64,000 bases of DNA, taken from positions 12,123 to 76,122 of IMG/VR virus record IMGVR_UViG_3300024999_000081; one strand, given 5' to 3'. The DNA comes from a virus. Below, piece by piece: positions 1 to 12,900 of this stretch (within the stretch, counting starts at the first letter, position 1; each line of letters begins with the position of its first letter). Made by a program: the position numbers and the translations under genes. The notes beneath the pieces are model-generated. The model made no database searches. It worked only from the letters and a program-made list of their open reading frames with translations, and had not been told where the DNA came from.

Positions 1-411
1 GATATTATAGATGAAATTTGTGTAGAAGATTACGCTGATTTGATGGATGAATTATTAAAAGATAGTAAATATTCTGCTAGAGAACCTAAATATGATACTT
101 ATTTGGATTACACATTGGAAGAATTTAAAGCAAATTTAAAAGAAAATGCTTATTGGAGACATAAATATTTTACTCAAATAGACAACAAATATGTAAAATA
201 TCAAATCGAAAGATACAGTGACTATAGTTGGCATTATAATTATAATAAAGATCAAAAAAATTATACTTATGATGTTTATACTACGAATAAAAGACGTAGA
301 GATGAGAAAATAATGGGGTCTGCTTCTCCAGAGCAAATATTCAATAAACTAAATCCAAAATACCTAGTAACATATAATCAAAATAAAGAATTAATTAAGG
401 AGTGGAAATAA
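1..411 (+). CDS. Phage hypothetical protein, 5'-truncated by the window edge
   Basis: Frame is open from base 1 to the stop at 411. Confidence 0.6.
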   Translation, partial: DIIDEICVEDYADLMDELLKDSKYSAREPKYDTYLDYTLEEFKANLKENAYWRHKYFTQIDNKYVKYQIERYSDYSWHYNYNKDQKNYTYDVYTTNKRRRDEKIMGSASPEQIFNKLNPKYLVTYNQNKELIKEWK

Positions 412-413
412 AA

Positions 414-827
414 ATGGCAAATGAAACAAACGTTTCAAACGATTCAAAAATTATGGAATTAAAGAAACAAATTGAAGAAAAGAAAGCAAAGTTAATCAAA
501 TCTCAAAAGTTTTCACCTATTACAAATAGTTCAATTGAATTAGATGGGGTAAGAACTAATATCCAAGTTCTTAATAAAGAACAATTAACTTATCTATTAG
601 TTAAACTTAATTCATATGCAATATCTGCTAAAGAATTAGAAATTGATTTTGTTATCTCTGGTTATCATATTGTAGATTGGATTGCAGATATTAAATCTAA
701 ACTTGATTTTGTGAGTCGCAAAGAAGAAGAAAATAAACTAAAGGTTATGGAATCTAAATTACATCAATTACTTTCTAATGAAAAGAAAGTTGAACTTGAA
801 ATTGATGAAATTATGAAGAATTTGTAA
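414..827 (+). CDS. Phage hypothetical coiled-coil protein
   Basis: AAGGAG RBS before ATG 414; Lys/Glu-rich helical ORF. Confidence 0.7.
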   Translation: MANETNVSNDSKIMELKKQIEEKKAKLIKSQKFSPITNSSIELDGVRTNIQVLNKEQLTYLLVKLNSYAISAKELEIDFVISGYHIVDWIADIKSKLDFVSRKEEENKLKVMESKLHQLLSNEKKVELEIDEIMKNL

Positions 828-901
828 TTAGAATAAAGGGAGGGTGTTAAATAATCCTCCCAGAAAAGATACACTCTGTCTTATGAAAGGAGAAATATAA
901 A

Positions 902-1042
902 ATGAACGATCCAAACGATTTTCAATGTGATATTTGTGGCAATACATTAACTTCAGAATCTTGTTTTTGTGATAAATGTAAATCATGGTTATGTAATGGT
1001 TGTGCATTTGAAGATGAATGTGAAGAAAAACAGGGTAAATAA
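902..1042 (+). CDS. Small Cys-rich zinc-binding protein (46 aa, below ORF-track cutoff)
   Basis: AAAGGAG RBS; MNDPNDFQCDICGN...CFCDKC...CNGC. Confidence 0.6.
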   Translation: MNDPNDFQCDICGNTLTSESCFCDKCKSWLCNGCAFEDECEEKQGK

Positions 1043-1555
1043 TATTTGAGAAAGGAAAAATTATGAATTGGTGTAAAAGTCCAAGGAAATAAATCTTGAT
1101 TTTCTACATAGAAAAGGGGTATAATAAACACTAAATAAAGAAATAATATATCTTATCAACAAACTTCAAGAGAAGGGAGATAAGATATATTATGACAACC
1201 ATTCCAACGTCAAACGGTTATATTAAGTCATTTTTTGTTCTTGGAAATGAGTCAGGTAAAGCGTTTATCAATCATCATAGTAGTAAAGTTTTAATTTCAG
1301 ATCCAATGAAGTCAAGAATGTTTGATTCTTATAAGGATGCATTGGATTTTAATGTACAATTTAAAAATAATTATTCTGAAAAATTATTTGTATATCAGAT
1401 TAGAGTTACAGTAGAATTGGTTTAGATTTTTAATTTTAGTTGAGGTGTAATATATAGAGTTAAAAATAAAATGTATTACACCTTTATTTTTAGAAATAAT
1501 TTAAAGACTATATTTGATGCTATATTGAATTGAATAAAATAGACAGGAGGAAATC

Positions 1556-2707
1556 ATGTTAACTTCATGTAAAGAAAATCAATATCTTGTATTTTATCTT
1601 GATGATGGGAAAAATGTTAAATATAATTTATCAACAGGCGAAACTATTGGAAAACTTGGAAAACCAGTAAAAGATATTCGCACACAACTTAGAGGAAATG
1701 ATTTACTACAAGTTATCAATTCATTTCAGGATAAAAATTATAGTAATTTCTTAAATTTTCTGGATAGAAATTTTATCAATAAATCACATTCGGAAAAATA
1801 TCATTACGGCAGCAGGGTAGATCGCATTACAAATATAGGTAGTTTCTTATCTAAAATTGAGAATTATAAATATCTTGAACAATATTTTGCATGTGGGTTG
1901 AAAAAACTTGATCCTAAAATTAGATACAAATTAACTGAAATTCCAAAAAACCTAATTAAATTATGTAAAACGCATGATATTGAATTAAATAACAATTTAA
2001 TAGATTCCTATAAATTAAGTCCAGATTTATTTTCTAACTTATTAAATTATGAATTTACAACTATAAACAAAATGAACATTCAAGATATATTGTATTCAAA
2101 TGAATATGGTAAAAACAAATTCGATCAATTAATAAAGACACATAATTACAAACCAACATCGTTATTACAATACATAGATAATTTAATGACATTCGAGGCT
2201 TTAGATAACTTCCATTCAGTGGTTGGTGAGTTATTGGATTATTGCAACATGATGAGCAAAATAAGTCCAAAATATGAAAAGTATCCAAAGAATTTTTTAA
2301 CAACTCATAAGATTGCCACAAGAAATTATACTCGTTTAATACAAAAGTTCGTAGAAGAAGATTTTAAAAAAGTTATTGATCTAAAATTAGAGCATACATA
2401 TGATAAGTTTAAAATTGTTTATCCTAAAACTACACAAGATATTAAAGACGAGGCAGTACAGCAAAATCATTGTGTAGCAAGTTATATACAAAATGTCATT
2501 GATGGTAAAACGCATATTTTATTCTTAAGGGATAAAAAAAATATTGAAAGGAGTTTAATTACATTAGAAATTAAAAATTATAAAGTGGTTCAGGCCAGAG
2601 GAAAATTTAATAGAGACGTAACCAAAGAGGAACAAGGTGTTATTAATAAGTACAATGAAAAATTAAATAAAATTTATAATAAAAGAAAAGAGGAAATAGC
2701 ATGTTAA
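1556..2707 (+). CDS. PcfJ-like domain protein
   Basis: C-terminal YPKTTQDIKDEAVQQNHCVASY...ILFLR...SLITLEI...VVQARGKFNR signature. Confidence 0.8.
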   Translation: MLTSCKENQYLVFYLDDGKNVKYNLSTGETIGKLGKPVKDIRTQLRGNDLLQVINSFQDKNYSNFLNFLDRNFINKSHSEKYHYGSRVDRITNIGSFLSKIENYKYLEQYFACGLKKLDPKIRYKLTEIPKNLIKLCKTHDIELNNNLIDSYKLSPDLFSNLLNYEFTTINKMNIQDILYSNEYGKNKFDQLIKTHNYKPTSLLQYIDNLMTFEALDNFHSVVGELLDYCNMMSKISPKYEKYPKNFLTTHKIATRNYTRLIQKFVEEDFKKVIDLKLEHTYDKFKIVYPKTTQDIKDEAVQQNHCVASYIQNVIDGKTHILFLRDKKNIERSLITLEIKNYKVVQARGKFNRDVTKEEQGVINKYNEKLNKIYNKRKEEIAC

Positions 2708-5535
2708 AAAATATTAATAAAATTGAAGTAGGTATGAGGGTAAAACAAATTAAGGAGTTACCACGATTTAATTATATCGGTACAGAATTTGAGGTAACTG
2801 AAATTGTAGATTCAGTTGTAATGTGTAAAAATGGAATGATGGGATTTGGTTTATCTGAAAATGATTTCTTTGCATATTTTGAATCTGTTAAATCTGTCGC
2901 CAAACAAGAAATTGAGTTTATGACGATTGAAATTGTCGATGGTATCAAGACTACTAGAAAAGGATTATTAACTCTTGTAGAGCTTCCTAATGGATCTCAG
3001 GGTGCGTCTAAACCATTGCCTCAAGATAAATATGATGCTCAAAGAGGATACGATATTGCATTTCTAAAAGCAGATATTAGAGCTGATGAAAAAGTAATTA
3101 AGATGAAGAAAAGAAAATTAGAAGAGTTAAGAAAGTTTTAAGTAAAATATAGTATTGTGCTTTCTAGAAAACGTTGATATAAGCCACTTTTAGAAAGCAC
3201 AATATAAGATAAAACGAATCTTTCAAGGGATAAGAAAGGAGAATATCATGGCAGAATTTAAAATGGTTGATTTTGTTTGTTCGCTACAAATGCAAGTGAA
3301 GATTGAAGACAACGCTACAAATGAAGAAATTATTGATAGAATTGCAGAAACTTTTGAATTGGTTTGTGAATATGGATCAAGTGATTTTGATGAATCAGAA
3401 GAATTTTCAGCATACATAATCATGGATAATATACGGTTAATAGCAAGGGATAATTAATCGAATCAAAAACTGATTTCAAGGGTAAATAATATAAGAAAGA
3501 AGGAAAACTAAATTGAAGAAAATGCTTATTACTTTGTCATTAGGTTTGATTTTATCAGGAATCTTAACTGGATGTGGATCAGTTTCATATACGCCTCCTC
3601 CAGTTCCATCTGTACCACAATTTTCTTTCCCTGCGGAAAGCACATATGGTTCTGTAATTGATGTTGATTATGAGAAATCTGCCTTGGATTTTGTTGTGGT
3701 TAAATATCGAAAAGACGATGTATTAAATTTAGTCACGTATAAATTAGATTCAGTTCGAGGTTATACTAACTTAGAGTCAGTTATAACGATTCAAATCGGA
3801 AAATAAATATTAACATGAAAAAAGAATTTTAATGGATTTAGAAAGGAAAATAATATGTTAACTATACCAGAAGGAGCTATTGATATAAACTTAACAAATT
3901 TACAAATTGAAATTGGACAATATAGAAGGGCTGTAGAAACTTATTATAAAGCTCTTGGATTATATACATTAAAAGATGATGCAGAAATTAATTCGTTAAT
4001 GGAGATGAATCAGAAAATTATAAATTCAAAAAATAATTTAGTAAAAGCATGTCAACAATTTATTGATGAAGCCTAGCAAAAAGGAGTTTTAAACAATGCG
4101 TAGAGATCCAAAGAAACCATATACAATAAAAGGAATATACCCATTACTCTTTTGGCATAAGTGTGATATCTGTGGAGTTGAATTTAAAAGAGAATTTGGA
4201 TGGAAAATTAACTATTCTACTATATCTAGAATTATATGTTATGAATGTGCAAGATTTCATTTTGATGTAGAGAGGTTAGCTTTGACATGGGGTGAGTCAG
4301 GATGTGATAAACCTAGTATAAGAATTGGTAAATAAATGTACAGTTTTATTTGATGGAAATGAGTTGATTAATAATGATTAGAAAAACTCCATACTTATGT
4401 GAAATGTGCAAGAAGCATTTTGACGAACCAAATGTTGTTAAAGAAAAACATTGTGAATATAACGTATGCCCTCATTGTAATAGCAAGTGGATTACACAAC
4501 CATGTCATTGCACAAAATAATAATAATCATAACAAATGCAGTTTGAAAGGAGAATTTATGCAAGAAGACATTATTTACGTTGTCTATTTTGATGGAAAAA
4601 GATATGAAAAAGAAGGTTTAAAGATTGCTTACCTAAATAAAAGTTATGCAAAGCAAATTATTACTACTGAAGCTAAAAATAAAGCCAAAGATAAGTATGA
4701 TGAAGAAGTTACAAGTAAGGCGTTTAAATATTGGTATGAATTAACTGAGGAATTGCAAAGAGTGTTAATTAATGAAATGAAAGAAAGATTTACAATTGTA
4801 GAATATAAACCATGTTTGTAAATTTGGATGAATCATAATTAGGAGGATAGTATGAATAAATTTAAAAATTGGTTACGAATTAAACTAAGAGATTTTCTTG
4901 ACATAGGAAACCTTGAATCTAATTTTAAAGATCATGAAACATTTAATAGTATCAGATTTGCAGATATTGAAAGTGATATACATGATAAGTCTTCATATCT
5001 AAGAAAACTAATAAATAATTCTACAAACGATATTTCACATTGACAAGAATTTATAAATGTCTTACATAATACAATTGAAAATGTAGTACATATTGGTACG
5101 GATGTGGCTGTAAATCCTGATTATGGACGTAGTTGGGCAGTAGTGTGTATTGAGGGTAAATTAAATATAGTAAAGTTTGTAGATTTAGATAGAAGAGACG
5201 GAATGGAAGTTTTGAGATTCCTTAAACAATTTGAAGCAGGGAAACATTGTATAGATGCCCCTCATAAAGAATTTTTCTTAGAAGGTATTTTTAAATTTTA
5301 GATAGGTTAAAATCCAAATTTTCTGGGACTTTAGAAAGGAGTAATAATGAATAAAGAATATATGCCACTGTATGTAATTTATTATCATAATGAGATATCT
5401 GGAAAGTTTGAACCTTATCAAAGCGTATGTGGAATTACAGTTTTTTACATGGATATAAAAGATGCTAAAAAACAACTAAGAAAAATAACTAATTATCCAG
5501 AGAATTATGAAATAGTTGAATATGTAGCAAAATAA
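2701..5535 (+). other. Array of small phage accessory ORFs (2701-3141, 3248-3457, lipoprotein 3513-3806, 3855-4076, 4096-4335, 4558-4821, 5347-5535)
   Basis: Co-oriented short ORFs with AGGA/GGAG RBS; 3513 has lipobox LTGC. Confidence 0.65.
4852..5301 (+). pseudogene. Single ORF interrupted by in-frame TGA at 5041-5043
   Basis: 4852-5043 and 5104-5301 are in the same frame, the linker is open, and the second part has no clear RBS. Confidence 0.6.
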
Positions 5536-5555
5536 AAGTAAAATTGAATAAAAAC

Positions 5556-5584
5556 TTGTAATTCTATAATAACTAAGATATAAT
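5556..5584 (+). promoter_or_regulatory. Sigma-A promoter embedded in an 18 bp inverted repeat
   Basis: TTGTAA-17-TATAAT inside CTTGTAATTCTATAATAA...TTATTGTAGAATTACAAG (5555-5601). Confidence 0.6.
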
Positions 5585-5627
5585 TATTGTAGAATTACAA
5601 GATAAGAAAAGAGATGATACTTAATAT

Positions 5628-6983
5628 ATGGGTAATAGTTTAATAGCAGAAGGTAAACTCCAGTTTTATCCAACGGAGTTAAAAGAAACATATCGTATAC
5701 TTGGACTATTGGGACGAATAAGTATTGACTATGTAAAGAAAGGATATCTCAAGGAATACATATATACAAAAGAACAATGGAATGAATTTGCAATAAAATC
5801 GTTAGATAGTAATGTATCTATAGACATAATTCTATATGATCATTGGTTATTTTCAAATCAATACGAAATGATTAAAACATATTGTACCTATGAGATTGGA
5901 TCTAAAAATACTAATAAAGTAGTTGTCACAGATTATTTTGCTGGCGAGGGGTTGTTTCTAGATTGTATAAAGACTTTTATTCCATTAAGCTATAATAGCA
6001 ATGACTTTCTATTAATTGCTAATGAAATCGAAGAACATCGTTACAATGTTATAAAAAATAATAAAAATATTGATGAATGCTATAATTCTTCATTTGAGGA
6101 ACTCCAAATTACAAGAATAAAGAATAGTGTATCACTCATGCTTTACAACCCTCCATATGGACAAACATTAACTACTGATAATAGTGGAAAAACAATATCA
6201 ATCAGAAATGTCAAACACTACCTTCAAATGATCATAAATAGACAGATTTTATACAACCCAACATCATCAAAAGATTATAAATCTGGATATATGATTTTTG
6301 TCATAAGAAAAGACGATTTTTTGGATAGTTTGGATTTATTATCTCAACACTTTGATATTCTTAAAAACTCAATTTACAAAACAAATCAAGAAGAATATGC
6401 TAAATTCAAGCAATATATTTTCATTGCAAAACTCAAACGTAATCCATATGACTTTTCTAAATCAATTGACGCTCTCGATTTTCAAAAACAATATAATGAT
6501 GTAAAAGAAATAATCCTATCAGAACCAGAATTTAATCTCAGACAATACAACACATATCAATCCATGAATTACCCATACATCGACTATGACACAGCAAAAG
6601 AAAACAATAAATATATTGAATCTCCAACTACTCATATCAGTAAAAATGATTCCATATGGAAATGGGTCAAAGGAATTACTGAGTTGAAAGATTTAGGTGA
6701 AGAAAAATTAGTTGTTCCTAAGCCATTGAAATTAGGTGAAATTAGTAATCTTCTAGCATCTGGAATGATTAATGGAGAAATATCATTAGAAGATGGTACT
6801 GGTAGACATGTAGCAATTGGAGGTACAAAGAGTATTGAGAAGAAAGAAATAAATAAATATAAAGATGAAAATGGAGAAAGTTATACTGAAACAAAAATTA
6901 TTAAAATGAGCCTTCCTTATTTAAATGTTTTATGTTCTGACAATGGTCAATTAAAAATAAAAGAATTAGGAGATAATGAATGA
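5628..6983 (+). CDS. Class I SAM-dependent amino-DNA methyltransferase-like protein (DUF6094-type)
   Basis: FYPT, motif I DYFAGEG, ANEIE, motif IV LYNPPYG. Confidence 0.75.
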   Translation: MGNSLIAEGKLQFYPTELKETYRILGLLGRISIDYVKKGYLKEYIYTKEQWNEFAIKSLDSNVSIDIILYDHWLFSNQYEMIKTYCTYEIGSKNTNKVVVTDYFAGEGLFLDCIKTFIPLSYNSNDFLLIANEIEEHRYNVIKNNKNIDECYNSSFEELQITRIKNSVSLMLYNPPYGQTLTTDNSGKTISIRNVKHYLQMIINRQILYNPTSSKDYKSGYMIFVIRKDDFLDSLDLLSQHFDILKNSIYKTNQEEYAKFKQYIFIAKLKRNPYDFSKSIDALDFQKQYNDVKEIILSEPEFNLRQYNTYQSMNYPYIDYDTAKENNKYIESPTTHISKNDSIWKWVKGITELKDLGEEKLVVPKPLKLGEISNLLASGMINGEISLEDGTGRHVAIGGTKSIEKKEINKYKDENGESYTETKIIKMSLPYLNVLCSDNGQLKIKELGDNE

Positions 6984-9559
6984 TTCCATATCTACGAGCG
7001 ACAGATAAAAATACTATCAATTGCAATGCTGATTTAATTATTCTTGATAATGGAGATCCAATATTAATTTCTTTATGTGATTTGCATATCAAAAACAGAA
7101 AAATATGTTCTGATATTATCTCTCATTCATATCATATCTCATTACGTGATAGAGAAGATATATTCTTTGAACAAACATTATATGGCAGAGAAAATCATTA
7201 TAGATATAAATCTGACAGGATGGATAATGATTTAACACATACAATTATTTATAATACAAAAATAAATGATTATTGTATTAATTGGAATAATGAAGATAAG
7301 AATGAGATTATTACTAAGTATTTAAGGAATATTCATTATTTACCTGTGACTGCTGAGATTGTAAAAATGATTTTAGATAAAGATGAAGAAACAAATGCTA
7401 AATATAAAAGTAATTATAGTAATTATGGATGTATTAGCGAATGTACTGTTTATACTAACAATCCTTTATATACTGATTTGAAGGTTTATAAAATCAATGT
7501 AACTTATTTTAAACAGAGTTTAAATGCTTTGACATTAGAAGGATATGAGGAAGATTTTGATTGGAATGCGATTGAAGACATAGAAGAATACATTTTCGCT
7601 TTTCTTAGTCAGATTAAGGAAAGATTGAAGCAGAATGTTAGAGTTTTGTTTGATCCTAAGAATATTAATCAGAAAATTTTTGAAGGAAAAATGAAACCAT
7701 TTGAAGGTCAAGTTCCAATTATTCAAGCAGGGTTAGAAGTTTTAAAAAGAAGTAGATTTGTTTATTTGGCTTGTCAACAAGGTTTTGGGAAAACACTCAC
7801 AGCAACAAAGATTAATCACTGTCACCTGTATCAAAAGAAACAAAATTATGTTACTTTAATTATGGTTCCAGCCATCACACTATCTCAGTGGAAAGATGAG
7901 ATTAAAAACAGCATTGGTGATAAAGTTAATATTTACATAATTAAAAAGACATCTGAATTTATCCAAATTTATAATAAGACTCAATTACAATTTGATAAAC
8001 CTACATATTTTCTTGTAGGCAAAGAAACATTCAAACTTGATGCAAAAAGAGTATCTGGTGTAAATATTAGGACAATGGAAATCAAGCATAAAAAAGAGGT
8101 TCAAAGTGGTGGATATTATAGTTATTCGCAAATCAAAGAAGTCAAAGAGAAAATTACAATCGCATGTTGCCCAGACTGTGGAAGACCTTTGCAAAATGAA
8201 TTGAGAAAAAAAGAAGATGTATTCTTTACTGAAAAAGATTTTCAAGGAAATCCTAAGAAATCAAATTATAAATGTTCTAATTGTGGTGCTGTATTATGGC
8301 AATCTACATATGACAAGACAAAGAAAAGTAGTTTAATAAGATTTATTAAAACTAAGAATATTCATTTTGATTCTGTCGGGATCGACGAAGCACATCAGAA
8401 CAGAAATGGAGAATCGATTATCGGTAATTCTACTAGGACATTATTTAATTATGCTAAGAAAATATTGTTGCTCAGTGGTTCCAGTAACTCAGGATATAGT
8501 TCAAGTTTCCACAGTTTATTATTGGGATTAATACCAAATAAACTCAAAGCAAATGATGTTATGGAAATGGAAAAATTTATTAAGACTTATGGAACATTAA
8601 TGGCAGTCTCTAAAAAGAAAGATGGAGAATACTATCGTTCAGGTCGTAGTGAAATTAAAGATAGCGAATTCAAGGAGATAGAAGGCGTGAATCCAATTTG
8701 CTTCGCAAAATACTTAGTTGAGAACTACATATTTGCCACATTAGATGATCTAGGAAAGGATTTGCCGGACTTAAATGAGTTCTATGTACCAATTAGTCAA
8801 ACAGATGAAATGGAACGCTTAGAGAGGCATTTATGGGGAGAGATTAAGTCAGCAAACGCTTTCAATGCTAAAATGTACGAAGATTCTATTGTAAAACATT
8901 ATATTAATAATCCTTTTGACTGGAATTCTATTCCTATTAATCGTGGTGAAGAAAGTTATAAAGAAGTTCAACCAAGATGTATTAGTGATTGTATTTTACC
9001 TAAAGAACAAAAATTATTAGATATTGTATTGCAAGAGGTTTCTGAAGGAAGAAAATGTTGTATATATATTGATTTTAATAACGGTGGAGAATATATGCAA
9101 TCTGATACAATTGCAAAAAGAATCGAGACTTTATTGACAAAAAATAATATTAAATGTTTTACATTGAAAGCATCAACGGCAACTTATGATAGAAAGGAAT
9201 TATTAGACAAGAAGAAAGATGATTTTCAGGTATTAATTACGAATGCAAAATTAGTGGAAGTGGGATTAAATCTTATATACTTATCCAGTTTTATAAATTT
9301 CATGCCATCTTATCATTATGAAACTGTTGCTCAGAGCAATAGACGAGGATATAGGGCCAATAGCACACTAGAAAATAGGATTTATCATCTATATTATGAA
9401 AATTCATGCGAGAATGGGATTATTAAGAGATATCAACGCAAAATGGCTGAAGCACAAGCAATTGAGGGTAAATTTGATGCTTGTTTGGAAGACGATGAGA
9501 GTATAAGAACTGCTAGTAAGTTGGGGAAGAAAATAAGTGAAGGAGTTAATATAAAGTAA
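6980..9559 (+). CDS. SF2 (SNF2/DEAH-like) helicase with inserted zinc ribbon
   Basis: Walker A QQGFGKT, DEAH, LLSGS, EVGLNL, QSNRRGYR; CPDC...CSNC. Confidence 0.8.
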   Translation: MIPYLRATDKNTINCNADLIILDNGDPILISLCDLHIKNRKICSDIISHSYHISLRDREDIFFEQTLYGRENHYRYKSDRMDNDLTHTIIYNTKINDYCINWNNEDKNEIITKYLRNIHYLPVTAEIVKMILDKDEETNAKYKSNYSNYGCISECTVYTNNPLYTDLKVYKINVTYFKQSLNALTLEGYEEDFDWNAIEDIEEYIFAFLSQIKERLKQNVRVLFDPKNINQKIFEGKMKPFEGQVPIIQAGLEVLKRSRFVYLACQQGFGKTLTATKINHCHLYQKKQNYVTLIMVPAITLSQWKDEIKNSIGDKVNIYIIKKTSEFIQIYNKTQLQFDKPTYFLVGKETFKLDAKRVSGVNIRTMEIKHKKEVQSGGYYSYSQIKEVKEKITIACCPDCGRPLQNELRKKEDVFFTEKDFQGNPKKSNYKCSNCGAVLWQSTYDKTKKSSLIRFIKTKNIHFDSVGIDEAHQNRNGESIIGNSTRTLFNYAKKILLLSGSSNSGYSSSFHSLLLGLIPNKLKANDVMEMEKFIKTYGTLMAVSKKKDGEYYRSGRSEIKDSEFKEIEGVNPICFAKYLVENYIFATLDDLGKDLPDLNEFYVPISQTDEMERLERHLWGEIKSANAFNAKMYEDSIVKHYINNPFDWNSIPINRGEESYKEVQPRCISDCILPKEQKLLDIVLQEVSEGRKCCIYIDFNNGGEYMQSDTIAKRIETLLTKNNIKCFTLKASTATYDRKELLDKKKDDFQVLITNAKLVEVGLNLIYLSSFINFMPSYHYETVAQSNRRGYRANSTLENRIYHLYYENSCENGIIKRYQRKMAEAQAIEGKFDACLEDDESIRTASKLGKKISEGVNIK

Positions 9560-9572
9560 TAAATAATATTTC

Positions 9573-9601
9573 TTGACATTTATAATGGAATAATGTATTA
9601 T
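9573..9601 (+). promoter_or_regulatory. Sigma-A promoter
   Basis: TTGACA-17-TATTAT with upstream GTAATAAATAATATTT shared with the promoter at 22033. Confidence 0.7.
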
Positions 9602-9644
9602 TAGTATATGAATAATAAATAAAAATAAAGGAGGGATCACACAA

Positions 9645-9938
9645 ATGAAAAAACTACTTATCACATCAATTATTCCAATTCTAATATTATCGGGCTGTGG
9701 TGCAAAATCAAATCAAATCCAAAAACCTCAAACACAACAATCTCAAGATCAAGACGATGATGAAGAAATGGGATGGTTTGAAGATGAAGTTTTGGATCTT
9801 GATGATTGGGGCGAAAGTAAACACAAGAAAGTAAAACCTAAGACAAATACAGGCACTTCTAACGTGACAAAACCATCTGCTAATACAAAATCACCTACAG
9901 TTAAATCTAAGACTGCTACAAGCAAAAAGAAGGGTTGA
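9645..9938 (+). CDS. Small lipoprotein with acidic core and basic tail
   Basis: Signal peptide, lipobox LSGC. Confidence 0.7.
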   Translation: MKKLLITSIIPILILSGCGAKSNQIQKPQTQQSQDQDDDEEMGWFEDEVLDLDDWGESKHKKVKPKTNTGTSNVTKPSANTKSPTVKSKTATSKKKG

Positions 9939-12900
9939 GAAGTAAGAAATAAATTATCTCTTTTAAATGAAAGGTGGTTAAAAAGTGGAAACGATTAATT
10001 TACAAGATAATCATAGAAAAGTTCTGAATAGCAAAATTACTAAAGCAATCAATTCTATACCAGATGAAACTATTCAAGAAATATTTTTAGATTATATTGC
10101 AAGCGAGATTGATAGTTTGTATTCTGAAAGTAATTTTCAAGACATTGTAGAATCTCAATTAAGAGAAATGATTAGAAACATGTTTATTGAAAAAGGATTG
10201 CTAAAATCAACAAAAATTGAGGAGAGTATTTAATTAATGAAAAAGAAAATAGAATTAACTTATCTAACCCCTTTAGAATTTATTGCTACATATACAAGAG
10301 AAGAATTTTTTAGAGGAGAGCATGATAGTGAAAGAAAATGGTTAGAAGAGGATGCAGGAATGCCTATATTAAATATTATTGCAAAAATTACAACTGGTAA
10401 TTATGATCAGTTTATTATGAAAACTTTTGATAAATTTGCTCCAAAGGTAGGGTTTTTATATTGTGGAGAACATGATATATTTCATGAATATGAAAAATGC
10501 CCATTCTGTCAATTAGGGATACGAGTTGATTAATAAAAATAAATATTAGGAGGAATGCATAAGATGGAAGAATTAAAGTTATATAAATTTAATGATGGTG
10601 ATTATGAGCATTGGATTTTAGCAAACAATCTTGTTCAGGCTATTGATTATTTTGTTCATGATTATTGTGGAGAGGATGAGTCTCAATTTGAATATGGATT
10701 TACTATTAGTTTAGTAGATGATGAAACATTAGATATTGAATTTGAGGATGAAGGGGAAAATACTTCTTGGAGAAAAATCATGAATGAGTGTGAAGTTATA
10801 CCAAATTGCATTGGAACAAATGTAGATTAATTTTCATATTTTTAGGAAGTTGCGATTCTAAGAATCAAGTTATAGGTTGGTTTCATGGTTCGTAACTTCC
10901 CATAAAAAGTCGATTTTAATGGAGTAGGAGGAGTAAAATGACAACAGTTAGAGATATTCAAAAAGATATTGCAGAATTATTAATATTCATTGCTGAATTT
11001 TATAATTTTGACGATGACGCAGGATTAACTGATATAGCATCAAGACTATATCAAATCACAGATAAAATGTAAGTATATTAAAAATTAGTTTGATGGCAAA
11101 GAAAGAAGGGAACTAAAAATGGGAATGTTTGATGCCTTTTATGGAGAAGTCCAATGTCCACATTGCAGAGATGTTCATAAATTTGAAGAACAAACTAAAC
11201 AATATGATTGTATATTAGCAGAATTTCTTATTGGCGATTATGTAGAAAAGGGTAATGCTAATTTTACATATAAATTTGAGTGGTTTTGTGAAAAAGATAG
11301 AGATAAAACATTTGATATTGGTATTGCTTTCCACAGAGGACAAATAGTTAAATTTTTAGTGAATGAAGAAATAGAAACTGTTAATCCTGAATTATTAGAT
11401 AATATTAAAGATGGTTTAGGCAGAAGGTTACTTTATGAAAAGAAATGTAGAAAAGCTGATGGTATTCCCAAAGAACATCTTGAGTATGAATTAAACCCAT
11501 TGTCAGAAGGATATAAATTTATTGCTTTTGAAGTTGAATGGGAAGTTATAAAACTTTATAGGCAGAAAGAGCATTGGATGTTTAATGGTATGGAATATTA
11601 TTATGAAATTAAATCCAAGGAGCATGGGACGAGAATCATGCATGCTTCAAAAAGATTTTGGGATAGTGGTATGGAGATTATAACTTTCAACCATGCCAAT
11701 AAATATAAGTCTCTATATTTTGATGAATAATCCTAGCAAAATTCCATTTTATCGTACAAATAAGGAGGAAACAATAATGAAAATTGAAATACAAACTTCT
11801 CAAATAAGTGAACAGTATATTAAAGACACATTTAGCCAATATACAGAAGTATATCAAATGCCTAAACTAATTAAAGGAAGATGCATATTTCATATGTATC
11901 CTTATCAAGATACAACAAATGAAGATGGTAGTTTAGTAGGATATAATGATGCAATGTTATTCAACTTACATATTTATGATATTGAGAATATGAATGTTTG
12001 GAAAACAAGCAATAAAGATTCACTTGATATTGATGTTCCTTGTAAAATTAGGATATTCAAAGATTTGAGTACAATGGTAGTTATTGATGGTGGAGTTGAA
12101 CTACATTCATTTCAAGCATTTGAAGTCTGTAAAATAGGAAAATATGATAGAATATAAAATAGTATATGAAGTGATTAGAAAGGAAGAAAACAACAATGAA
12201 AATGTGGGCTTGTACTTATCAATATGAAGAAGATTATTTTCATGATTTTGCAAAAAATGATATTACATATGGAATTGAACCTACTCAATTGCTACCAACA
12301 AAAAAAATTAGCAGAACAAATGATTGAAGATTTATTGAGTGATGATTATGTTCCTGTTGAAATTGAAATATATAGCTATAAAGAGAAAGGTGTATTGTCT
12401 TATAGTATTGGTAGAGTGGATATGTGGGGCAGAAGATAATGAATGGGAGGATGATGAATAAATGGATATTCTAAACTTACATACAAACGTATATGATTGT
12501 TACACCAACAAAGTAAAAGGAAATAAACTTCTTACATATGAAATGGTTCAGAAGAAACTCACCAGAAACTATCACTTATCAAAGAAAGTAAAATTAGGTT
12601 CACAAGAATTATGCCTATATGGATGCCTTACCTTTCTAGTAAGTGAAAATTGTGTCTTATGGTTAAAGAATTACATAGGAACAGATACCTCTTGGTTTGT
12701 TAAGGATATCAAGAAGTACAACAAACTCAATGAGCAATTAGGAATTGACAATAATGCAAAAGAATTTAAACTTGACTAAATATGAAAATAATTATATAAT
12801 GAAAGAGGAATAATGAATTGGCTGAAATGATATTATCATATCTTAAAAAGGAAGCAGATAAAGAAGTTATAAGAAAAGCTAAAGCAAAAGAGCAAGATAT

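Noticed and set aside
5041-5043. Stop-codon recoding or selenocysteine at the in-frame TGA
   Set aside because: TGA, TAA and TAG all end ordinary genes here; other lesions are TAA or indels; no obvious SECIS-like hairpin
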